Source: Chiloscyllium plagiosum (lineage: Eukaryota). From it: a DNA stretch of 20,319 nucleotides. Within the stretch, counting starts at the first letter, position 1. Every line of letters begins with the position of its first letter. Below are positions 11,346 to 20,319 of this stretch, piece by piece. The stretch spans positions 52,925,922 to 52,946,240 of the forward strand of contig NC_057728.1 in the NCBI RefSeq assembly GCF_004010195.1. The letters run 5' to 3'. The notes under the pieces were generated by a model. The model saw only the letters and a list, made by a program, of their open reading frames with translations, was not told the DNA's origin and ran no database searches. A program made the position numbers and the translations under genes.

Positions 11346-11579
11346 TGTAGCGATTGGAGCAATGTCAGCCAGGTGGATCTCACTGAATATGACTTCCCTG
11401 ACTGGGACTATTAACAGCCCAATCAGGGAGCCCTGACTGACAGATGTAAACAGGAGTGTCAGAGGTTCTGTTCACTCCAGGAGTTGGCTCGATACTAGCT
11501 TGGTCAGTGTCATGTACTATGCAAGTGTAAATAAAGTGTGACTTGGTGACAGAATACCGGCCTTCGTGGAGTTATTTCA
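11346..11579 (+). repeat. 5' LTR of the Gypsy element
   Basis: TG...CA ends, CCAAT, AATAAA at 11530-11535, followed by a TGG-initiated PBS-like sequence at 11581. Confidence 0.7.
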
Positions 11580-12583
11580 CTGGTGTTAATAGAAAAACAC
11601 ATCCCCAGAGAGATTCACTCACAACAGTTGTCTTTGAATTGGGGTTAGCATTTCTAGCATCATGCCGCTATTTGGCAACCTTGACTCATTTGATGCTGCC
11701 ATCGAAGACTGTGCCTAGTTTGTGCAAAGAATGCAATACTTTTCCTGGACAAATAACACTGGGGCAGATGAAAAACAGATAGATTTTCCAGATAGATTGT
11801 GGACCCGCAGCTTTTTTAGTTATTAGGGGCCTAACTTTCCTAGAAGCATGAGATACTAAAACCTCTCAAGAGTTGGCAGATTTAGTTAAGGAATATTACA
11901 ACCACAGACCTCCTCTAGTTCTGAAATGCTACTGGTTTTACTCAACAGTTCAAGAACTGGGGAATCTGTATCGAGATTTTGATGAGGTTAAGATGACTGG
12001 CAGAGGCATGTGATTTTGGTCTAATGCTATATGATGCTGTGAGGCTGTTTGGTATGTGGGATTAATAATGTGACCATGCAAAAGCAACTACTAGCTAAAA
12101 CCCATCTGGGCTTCAAACAGGCACAACAACTGGCTTTATCATTAGAAAATGCCACAAGTGGAAGTTATGAGTTACAGTTTATGCTGTAGAAAGTGGACAC
12201 CCTCACCAGGCTGTTTGAGCTTGGGAAACATCACTTGAGTGAAGGCAAGTGCATAGCCTCACTCAGGATATATGCTGAACATAAGGACTCTAGATCAGCC
12301 CACAGCAAAACCACAAAACAAAGCCAAGCCTCGGCAAAATGGTTAAAATGTTCTCCAGAGTCTAGGCTGGCAGGCCATTGTAGTTGCTGCCAATATGCAG
12401 ACTCGAGACAGTAAAATAGTCCCATTCAGCATGGATTGAGTAAAAGAATTCATAGGCTGGTCTCTAGAAGAGTGCACACCCTGGAATGTTCACCTTTAGT
12501 CAATTTGAAACAACTGAATTGCTTAGCAATATCCAAAGCAGAACCAATCAACATCAATGTCTGGTTAAATAGTCACCCAGTTC

Positions 12584-12716
12584 ATCGAATCATAGATCTC
12601 GACAGTGTGGAAGCAGGCCATTCAGCCCGTCAAGTCCACACCGACTCTCCAAAGAGCATCCCACCCAGACATTGGCACTGTGAGACAGCAGTGCTAATCA
12701 CTGAGCCACTGTGCCA
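12584..12716 (-). mobile_element. HE1 SINE, internally deleted, inserted in the Gypsy protease
   Basis: tRNA head and HER1-like tail only; TSD cagttc at 12578-12583 and 12717-12722. Confidence 0.85.
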
Positions 12717-13090
12717 CAGTTCCAATGGAGATTGATACTGGCACAGGTGTATCCATGTTTGCCGAACCAGTCTTTATCAAATTCACTCTGGATTCTAATC
12801 CATAGGCTTGTGCAAGACCTTGGCTAGACTGAGAATCTATAGCTGGGGACCTTTACAGATTAAGGGTATAACTTGAGTTGAGAAGCAGCTGGTTCAGTTA
12901 TCACTGCTTGTGGCAAAAAGCTTGGGCCCAAGCTTGATGGGGCTAAATTAGTTGTGGAAGACTCTACTTGATTGGCTCAACATGTTGCATTTAGAAAATG
13001 GCTGCCTGAGTGAAGGGCTAATTAAATACCCAGACGATTTTCAGGGAGGTCTAGGGACCATCAAAGGGGCCAAGGCTACTTTACAAAAAG

Positions 13091-13314
13091 GAGAAAGTGA
13101 GGTCTGCAGATGCTGGAGATCAAAGTTGAAACTTTATTGCTGGAACAGCACAGCAGGTCAGGCAGCATCCAGGGAACAGGAGATTCGACGTTTCGGGCAC
13201 AGGCCCGAAGAAGGGCACAGGCCCTTTCCTGAAGAAGGGCCTGTGCCCGAAACGTCGAATCTCCTGTTCCCTGGATGCTGCCTGACCTGCTGTGCTGTTC
13301 CAGCAATAAAGTTT
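13091..13314. mobile_element. Young fold-back Penelope-derived mini-insertion (family A) in Gypsy pol
   Basis: Exact 15-bp TSD ctactttacaaaaag (13076-13090, 13315-13329); perfect 79-bp inverted repeat 13128-13206 / 13237-13315. Confidence 0.92.
13226..13259 (+). ncRNA. Minimal type-I hammerhead ribozyme, core intact
   Basis: Stem I UUC/GAA; CUGAAGA 13229-13235; stem II GGGC-cugu-GCCC; GAAA 13249-13252; palindromic ACGU; GUC triplet 13254-13256. Confidence 0.75.
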
Positions 13315-14084
13315 CTACTTTACAAAAAGCAATTCCTCGAACCTGCAAGGCCCGCCCAATGCCATTGTCTTGCATGCAAACGTAGTGGAAGAAACCAGGA
13401 GGCTGCACTGCAAACGAACCATCAAACCAATGTAGTTTGTGGAACCGGAAGCACTGGTCATACCAACTTTGAAGCCTTCTTGGTTGGTTCGCCTTTGAGA
13501 GGATTTCAAACAAACCCTGAACCATTTTTCACAGCTGGATAAATACCTAATCCCTTGCATAGAGGATTTATATGCAAAACTGATGGCAGGGCTGTCCTTT
13601 ATGAAGCTGGATATGAGCCAAGCATACCTGCAGTTGAAATTAGATGAGGATTACCAGAAGTATGCTACAATTAATACCCACAAGGGCTTGTACCAATATA
13701 CGGGATTGTCTTTTGGGGCATTTTCCAGCATAGATGGAGAATATTTTACAAGGTCGACCTCAGGTTGCCATTTATCTGGATGACCTGCTAATGACCAGGA
13801 AGACCAACCAAGAGCATCTAGACATTGTGTTTAAACATTTCTCGCAGGTGGAGATACGCCTTTGGGGGGAGCAATGTGTGACTCAGGTGCCTCAATGACC
13901 TATTTGGGAACGGAATCAAGAAGACCAGGTCACACCCACTGGAGGATAAAGTGAGGGAAATCAAAGGAGCCCTGGCTCCCATTTATGTACCGGAGCTTAG
14001 GTCTTTCCTTGGGTTGGTGAACTGTTATGAAAAATTCATATGCAATCTGGCCTCCATCCTGGCACCCTTAAATCTTACCTATTC

Positions 14085-14442
14085 CTAGCTTCTTGATATT
14101 TAGAACATACTTTGGTCCATCTTTCTTAAGTCCAAAGTGAATGATCTCATACTTTGCCAAACTGAACTCCATCTGCACAGTTTGGCCTGTTCACCTAACA
14201 TGTCAAAGTCCTAAAGAAATCTTCTGATCACATCTATATAATTTTGGTTCCACCTTGCCTAATGTTGTCAATAAGTCTTCTATAAATGCAGTGAAAAGAT
14301 GTGGTGCCAGTACAGAGTCCTCAGAGACATCATAGTTATATCCTGTTAATTTCAGTACTTACCCACATCCTTAGCTCTTAACCAATTTTTTACCCAAGCC
14401 AATAGATTGCCTCCAATTCCATGCAGTCTCATTTTATTTAAA
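14085..14442 (-). mobile_element. Old internal CR1 RT fragment
   Basis: LNKMRLHGIGGNLLAWVKNWL within ORF 14352-14648; downstream qmefs-like remnant (aactgaactccatctgc on +). Confidence 0.7.
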
Positions 14443-14449
14443 AATTGGT

Positions 14450-14510
14450 CATGTGGGCTTGAACCCACAACTGTCTCACTTAGAGGAGAGAGTACTGGCA
14501 ACAAGCACCA
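14450..14510 (-). mobile_element. tRNA-derived SINE head fragment
   Basis: B-box gtgggttcaagcccac on the - strand. Confidence 0.5.
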
Positions 14511-14639
14511 GAGATTTAAGGCAGACTGCCAACAGACTATGATAATGCACATCTCTAGGTTTGCAACACACTTCCCACTGTCTTTGTAAGAGGAATAAAC
14601 ATTCACATACTTAAGTATTTGAACATGTTGTGTACAATG

Positions 14640-14885
14640 ATCAATCACTCTTCCAAATCTGACCTCTTACTAATCCCTAATTTTCATCATCCACCACCAG
14701 TAGCTGCGCTTTCAAATGCTTAAACCCAAAGCTTTAAAATTGCCTTCCTAAAAATCTCTCTATCTGTCTCCTTCATTAATTGCACATTAAAAATGTCTTG
14801 TTTGATCCAACCGCTCTATGTCTCCTCATGCAGCTTAGTTTTAATTTTTTTGTTTGGGCTCCAGTAAAGCACATAGGGATGATTT
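14640..14885 (+). mobile_element. Old L2 LINE 3' end
   Basis: RAF..P.L*NCLP..like remnant, ttaaaaa..tttga, ctccagtaaagcacatagggatg tail. Confidence 0.6.
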
Positions 14886-15809
14886 ACATAGAAACAAAGA
14901 AAATAGGAGCAGGAGTGGGTCATTCAGGTCTGCTCTGCCCCTCAATCTCATTATTGCTGATAGTCCAATTTAGTATCCTTTTCCAACTTTCTCCCCAGAC
15001 CCTTAGTCCCTTTAGCCCTAACAACTATATCTAACTTTTTCTTTCTGTTGGGATGAGGAGAAATGCGACAGACACTTGAAAGTGCTCAAGGATGCCCTCA
15101 TAAGAACAGAGTACAATGCTCAACTCATTGACTGCCAGTTCTGATGTGCCACAGTGAAAAACCATGATAGACCTCCTCAGGAGACAGATACAGGCTGCAA
15201 CAGACAGGGTACCCTTTGTTGTCCAGTACTTCCCGGGAGCAGAACAACTACACCATGTTCTTAGCAGACTGCAACACATTATCAATGAGAATGAACACCT
15301 CACCAAGACTTTCCCCGTGCCTCCACTTCTCGCTTTTAAACAACCACCAAACCTTAAACAGATCATGATTCATAGCAAGCTGCCTAGCCTTCAGGAGAAC
15401 AACACCGTACAACCCTGCCACAGCAGCTACTGCATGTCAGAGTATTGACACAGGTAACACCATTACACATGGGGACACCTCCCACCATGTATGCGGCGAG
15501 TATTCACGTGACTAGGACATGTGTCTATCTTATACGCTGTAGGCAAAGTTGCCCTCAGGTGAGACCAAGCAGACGCTACAACAACGGATTGTTGTAGCAC
15601 AACGCACAACAATCACCAGGCAGGAATGTTTCCTCCCAGTCTGGGTATTTGGCCTCAGACCTTCCGATGACCATCCTCCAAGGCAGACTTCAGAACATGC
15701 AACAACACGGAGTGGCTGAGCAGAAGTTGTTAGCAAAGTTCGGTACACATGGGAATGGCCTCAACCAAGATTTTAGGTTCATGTCACACTATAGGTGAAC
15801 CCACTACGC

Positions 15810-16062
15810 AATTCACACTTACACACGCATGCGCCCGCGGACCTCCCTCATACACAAGCTCTCTTTCCTATGCACACATTAAACCCCCCGCACTCACATC
15901 AACACACCCACCCTCTCACACATACCCCATCAAACTCACACACACTTAACCAAGCTTACACACACGCATACATACACACACACACTCTATCACATGCACT
16001 CACACCCACATGCACACACTCACATGCACACTCAATTTGTCACTCCTACATGAGCACACATA
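15810..16062 (+). repeat. Degenerate (CA)n-rich tract inside the Penelope element
   Basis: Runs such as acacacacacac and cacatgcacacact. Confidence 0.9.
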
Positions 16063-16360
16063 TAAGCTTATGGGTTGAATTTGTTTTTGCGGAATTGCAT
16101 TATATTTTATTTTGCTCAGAAACAGCATGAATCCATGTAACACTGTAAAACTGTACAGAGGGTTTGTCAGTCTGACATAGCATTGGGACACAGACAGACC
16201 TCACACCTATTGTTTAAAAGGCTGACCTCACACCTATTGTTTTAATATCCCATTACAAAAGATGAAAGTTTTAATCTAAGATTGTTTACTGTATCACATC
16301 TCCATGACACTGGACTCCTTTGACTATAAATTCTGTGAGCATGATCTTAACCTCGACAAC

Positions 16361-16395
16361 CACCTGATGAAGGAGCAGCGCTCCGAATGCTCGCG
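16361..16395 (+). ncRNA. Hammerhead ribozyme motif with GAAA>GAAU core mutation
   Basis: CUGAUGA 16364-16370, A, GGAGC-agc-GCUCC, GAAU 16385-16388. Confidence 0.55.
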
Positions 16396-16759
16396 CTTCC
16401 AAGTAAGTCTGTTGGACACCGGCATCTCCAAATCAGGACTATCACTTGGTATTGTGTGATTTTTAACACTGTCCACCTCAGACCAACACCGACACCTCCA
16501 AGTCATAACTTTTTCTTGAGAACATTTAATGTTTTGGCCTCGACTGCAGTCTTTGGCAGACAATTCTGAAGGGTAGCCATGCTCTGGGTGAAGAAATTTC
16601 CCCTCATCTTATTTTATTATGTTAAATTGTTGTGCAAAGGCTACCCTTTGCTGCTTCTTAGCTTCTTATGTAACTGGCTGTAAGCGCTTGACTCATGGAT
16701 TTCTCTATTAAAGCAAGAATAGAGAACAACCTGTGCTGTTGATTGAGGAATAAATGGAA

Positions 16760-17142
16760 AATTGCCCATTGTGTCCATGCCGGCTCTCTGTAACAGCTCC
16801 TAAGATAATCTATCTCTTTCCCCCAGGATCCAGCAATTTTTTGATAATTATCCAATTGTCATTTTGAAAGTCACAATTGAATCTAAGGGTGGTCTTTGCA
16901 TAATGATTTAACATAGCAAAATCAGATAAGGGGAAATTTCTTCAACCAGAGTGTGGTTGTCCTGTGGAATTGTCTGTCAAAGACAGCAGATGGGGCCAAA
17001 ACATTAAAGGTTCTACATCACAATCTCAGGTAATTTATTCCAGATCCTAAACACTTGCTGCATATAATATTTTGTCCTCATGGTACAGTTGGTTCTTTGC
17101 CTTAAACCTTAACTAAATGTCCTCCTGGTCTCAATCCTTCTG
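16760..17142 (-). mobile_element. Old CR1 3' fragment interrupted by a + strand CR1 piece (about 16886-17014)
   Basis: ttatccaatt..ttttgaaag..ttgaatcta | catcac..attccagatcctaaacact..; insert reads EIRGNFFNQSVVVLWNCL-like. Confidence 0.6.
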
Positions 17143-17147
17143 TCATT

Positions 17148-17368
17148 GTGGTGCAGAGATAATGTCACTAGGTTAGCAACCTATAGCCACAAGTTAATGT
17201 ACGATGTAGGATCTAATCCAAGCATGGATGTTGGTGAAATTTGAGTTCATAAAACTGAAATTAAAAAGGAAAAAGAAACTAGCCTGATGATGACCATGTA
17301 TCAGTTATCATGCTTTTTTAAAATTAATGCCAGCAATGCCCACATCCTATGTAAGAATGTTTAAAAAA
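17148..17368 (+). mobile_element. SacSINE1-like SINE, internally deleted
   Basis: gtggtgcagagataatgtcactagg..ggtgaaatttgagttca..atgatgaccatg..gccagcaatgcccacatcc..aaaaaa. Confidence 0.6.
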
Positions 17369-17965
17369 GCAACTGTGTAGGTCCTTTGGAATTTTGGACA
17401 ACTCAAACAAATTTCCTCAACATTTATCTCTCCAAGGCGAATAGCCCCACCTTTATTAATTTTCCTTTGAAACAGAAATTTCTCATTCCCTGGAAACATA
17501 CAGCCCTTGGTCATGGTGCGGTTACTGTCTTTCAGATGAGACATTAAACTTGAGCCTCTCAAATGTTGTAAAAGATGCAATGACAATTAGACAGTCAAGT
17601 CTTAATTTAACCAAAGGTAAATTTTTGGAGGTGTCATATGCGAAGACATTAAGATGTGACACATTTAAAGTGAGCATCTTATTGTTATGACATGATGGAC
17701 ACATGCTGGGTACAAATTCTTGTTACATAGATGTAATGTTAGCTTTATTCAAATTCTCTAGATCCAAAATGTGGAGAGAACCCAATTATAAATTCACACT
17801 GTTGACACAGAAATTACTGTGTTGTTAACAGAATAATTGTTACATTTGTGACTATGGCAACAGTGATTGCTGTTTATACAATTAAGGCTCCACTTTCTAG
17901 ATGGGCAGAATCCTTTCAAATGAGAAAACTATTGAGGGTGACAAGTTGAATTGATCGTTGCCCTG

Positions 17966-18026
17966 AGTGGTTTGGAATGTCCTGCGGCTCTGAAAGATGC
18001 TATGCAAATGCAAATCGTTTCTCTTC
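17966..18026 (+). mobile_element. L2-type SINE tail fragment
   Basis: tttggaatgtcctgcggctctgaaagatgctatgcaaatgcaa. Confidence 0.45.
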
Positions 18027-18846
18027 AGCAGCTTTTATTTTGTGCATTCTGCCCGAAAGAACAAAGCATTAAATCTAACCGCTTCTCATGAGCAGACATT
18101 GTTACAAATTAGCATTGTTTGGGGATAAGTACAAAACAACAGCACATCCCATGTTTAAATCACCTTCTATTTGTCTTTGGCGAGTCAACCCACATTAATG
18201 CACTAAATTCTTCTTCGCATATTGCAATGTTTCTGTTCCATGATTTGTTTCAAATTTTATCAGGGTATTTTTCTTCCAAGATTAGCAATTTTGTCTGAGT
18301 GCAGGGTGTAGTTGTTGTGACTTCCTTACTAGCATTGCTGTAGAAATAACAGTACTTATTTAAAATTGGATAAGTGCCTAAACAAATCAAACTACCATTT
18401 CAAATGGTCAGCTATTTTTCAATACTCTGCTTGTTGCATTACTTCTTACCATTCAGTCCTTAGTGATTGTCCCTCAGTCCATATCCAATGTTTAGCAACA
18501 GAGCTTTCATCAGGATCCCATCTAGAGGGTTGATCTGTGTGGTATTGCACATGGAACATGAGGCTGCAGACACACTCCAGATCATAGCTTTGCAAAGTAG
18601 GTTCTGGAACCCCAAGTGGGCTCACAAGCTGGAATTTCTAGGTTGCAAGCTCCGAGGCTTCAACGGCCAAGTGCTCGCCACCTTTGCTCTTGCTCTCTCC
18701 TCTCACAGCCACTCTCTTAGGATCTGAGCTACAGGGAGAGGCTGAACAGGCTGGGGCTGTTTTCCCTGGAGCATCGGAGGCTGAGGAGTGACCTTATAGA
18801 GGTTTACAAAATTATGAGGGGCATGGATAGGATAAATTGACAAAGT

Positions 18847-18954
18847 TGGAAATGTGTTGCTGGAAAAGCGCAGCAGGTCAGGCAGCATCCAGGGAACAGG
18901 AGAATCGACGTTTCGGGCATAAGCCCTTCTTCAGGAATGAAGGGCTTATGCCCG
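18847..18954 (-). mobile_element. 108-bp Penelope-derived mini-insertion (family A) with short fold-back
   Basis: Exact 12-bp TSD aattgacaaagt (18835-18846, 18955-18966); 18-bp inverted repeat 18912-18929 / 18939-18956. Confidence 0.9.
18901..18940 (-). ncRNA. Minimal type-I hammerhead ribozyme, core intact
   Basis: - strand reads ucauuc CUGAAGA A GGGC uuau GCCC GAAAC GUC gauucu. Confidence 0.72.
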
Positions 18955-19229
18955 AATTGACAAAGTCTTTTCCTTGGGGTCGGGGAGTCCAGAACTAGAC
19001 GGCATAGGTTTAGGGTGAGAGGGGAAAGATATAAAAGAGACCTAAGGGGCAACTTTTGCACGCAGAGGGTGGTACGTATATGGAATGAGCTGCCAGAGGA
19101 TGTGGTGGAGGCTGGTACAATTGCAACATTTAAAAGGCATTTGGATGGGTATATGAATAGGAAGGGTTTGGAGGGATATGGGCTGGGTGCTGGCAGGTGG
19201 GACTAGATTGGGTTGCTTTCTGTAGTGAG

Positions 19230-19528
19230 GACAAATTCTCTTCCTTTCACACCTTGATTTCCACACATTTTACATCTCTTTTTCTCTTCCCCCACTGTTA
19301 GCAATGCGTCTGCATTTTGTACTGGGCATCTACACCTTTTGCTGCCTTTTCACCTTTTCCACCTCTTGCAAGGTAAACAAAAACCATTTTCCAACAATGT
19401 TACCTCTGAAGAAGAATCATACTTGACTTGAACCATTAACTCTGTCTGTTCACAGATGCTGCTAGATCTGCTGAATTTTTCCAGCAATTTTTTTCAGATT
19501 TTCAGAATCCACAATATTTTGCCTTTAT
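19230..19528 (+). mobile_element. Old Penelope terminal-repeat fragment (family C) with decayed hammerhead
   Basis: ctgaagaagaatcatacttgacttgaaccattaac (19406-19440), then cagatgctgctagatctgctgaatttttccagca, similar to family A gatgctgcctgacctgctg..ttccagca. The 5' boundary is uncertain. Confidence 0.6.
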
Positions 19529-19639
19529 TTGGGTTGAAGTTCCACTTACCCTGGAGGTGTGTTCATAACACTTCTCAACGTCAGAGTTTTAACAGTACAA
19601 AAAGGGTACCTTCAGACAATTGTGTCCAAACCTTCCCAC

Positions 19640-20319
19640 CTGAACCACCCTGCCAGGCAGAGAGTCCAGATACCCACAACACTTTAGATTTAAGCAATTT
19701 TCTCAAATCCACTCTAAAACTGCACAACCATGGTTATTGATCCCTCTGCTAAGGGGAAATGTTTCAGCTATCTACTCCCTTCAGAACCTTTTACACATCA
19801 ATCAGCTCCACCTCAGCCTTTTCTGCTGTAAGAATCATAGAATCCCTACAGCATGGAAGCAGGTCATTTGGCCATTGAGTCCACACCAACCTTCCGAACA
19901 ATACAGCACCCAGTCCCATTCCCCATCCTAACACTATTACCTTGCATTTCCCATGGGTAATCTACTTAGTTTGCACATCCCTGAACACTATGGGCAATTT
20001 AGCATGGTCAGTCCACCTAACCTGCATATGTTTGGACTGTGGGAGGAAACCAGAGCACCCAGAGGCAACCCACAAAGACACAGGGAGAATGTGCAAACTG
20101 CACACAGTCGCCCAAAGGTGGAATCAAACCTGGGTCCCTGATGCTGTGAAGCAGCAGTGGTAACCATTGGGTTACTGTGCCACCCTACAGAAAACCACCC
20201 CATCCTATTTGGTCTCTCTTCATAGCTGAATTGCTTCGGCCCAGGCAATATCCCTGGTGAATCTCCTTTTCACTTTTTTGAAGCATTAAATCCTTCCTAT
20301 AATGCGGCAATCAGAACAC
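19640..20319 (-). mobile_element. Old CR1 fragment split by an HE1 SINE
   Basis: MPGPKQFSYEERPNRMGWFS | ..KAEVELIDV-like remnants on both sides of the SINE. Confidence 0.65.
19830..20186 (-). mobile_element. Full-length HE1 SINE (V-SINE)
   Basis: tRNA head with ggtttgattcc B-box, V-domain (ggtgctctggtttcctcccacagtccaaa), HER1-like tail ending ggattctatgattct. Confidence 0.92.

Larger units (their letters stand above)
11346..14080 (+). mobile_element. Gypsy/Ty3 LTR retrotransposon, decayed and 3'-truncated (no RNase H, integrase or 3' LTR seen)
   Basis: LTR and PBS; gag start MPLFGNLDSFDAAIED at 11662; protease INVWLNSHPV|PMEIDTGTGVS; RT KYLIPCIEDLYAKL..KLDMSQAYLQL..INTHKGLYQY; YLDD at 13773-13784; ELRSFLGLVNCY. 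Confidence 0.92.
15044..16505 (+). mobile_element. Penelope-like element (family B), 5'-truncated: RT thumb/linker, decayed GIY-YIG, CA-rich spacer, terminal repeat
   Basis: DRVPFVVQYFPG..PPLLAFKQPPNLKQI..SKL..QPCHSSYC; VYLIRC..GETKQTLQQR; exact 12-bp TSD taactttttctt (15032-15043, 16506-16517). Confidence 0.88.
14886..16610 (-). mobile_element. CR1 LINE 3' end split by the Penelope insertion (14886-15043 and 16506-16610)
   Basis: Tail acatagaaacaaagaaaataggagcaggag; the CR1 sequence resumes colinearly after the TSD. Confidence 0.8.
18719..19215 (+). mobile_element. Young HER1/CR1 LINE 3' portion, tail missing, carrying the 18847-18954 insertion
   Basis: Near-identical to the reverse complement of 6675-7052; ORF 19015-19206 almost equals ORF 6684-6875. 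Confidence 0.93.

Noticed and set aside
12952..13542. Longest ORF (196 aa) and its antisense partner 13076-13525
   Set aside because: Chance read-through joining Gypsy pol remnants with the non-coding fold-back insertion; not a gene.
15749..16191. His/Thr-rich and Val/Cys-rich ORFs
   Set aside because: Translation artefacts of the (CA)n tract.
16197..16242. 19-bp direct repeat gacctcacacctattgttt x2
   Set aside because: Only two units with an 8-bp spacer inside the Penelope element; not CRISPR or an independent system.
18484..18518. Hammerhead-like CUGAUGA-AAGC..GCU-AAAC on the - strand
   Set aside because: Lacks the G of GAAA and has no Penelope flanking homology; likely chance.
14080..20319. 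Search for the Gypsy 3' LTR, RNase H or integrase
   Set aside because: No second copy of 11346-11579 and no such motifs were seen; the element is truncated.

Overview
Repeat-dense, non-coding eukaryotic DNA. The repeat repertoire (HE1 V-SINEs, HER1/CR1 LINEs, SacSINE1-like SINEs, L2 tails) points to a cartilaginous fish, probably a shark; this is inferred from recalled repeat families, not from a database search. No host protein-coding gene is supportable, and the ORFs I can recognise are transposon fragments or their antisense shadows. Main structures: (1) an ancient ~4.9 kb APE-RT LINE (about 4018-8930) split by about seven younger insertions; (2) a 3'-truncated Gypsy LTR retrotransposon (11346-14080) with 5' LTR, PBS, gag, protease and RT; (3) a 5'-truncated Penelope-like element (15044-16505) with a 12-bp target-site duplication (TSD); (4) six loci carrying minimal type-I hammerhead ribozyme motifs from about three Penelope terminal-repeat families. 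Three of these loci are fold-back elements centred on the ribozyme, and two of those are young insertions with exact TSDs (13091-13314, 18847-18954). Hammerheads in Penelope termini are established knowledge. The ribozyme-centred fold-back mini-insertions and their target microhomology are the most interesting signal here.
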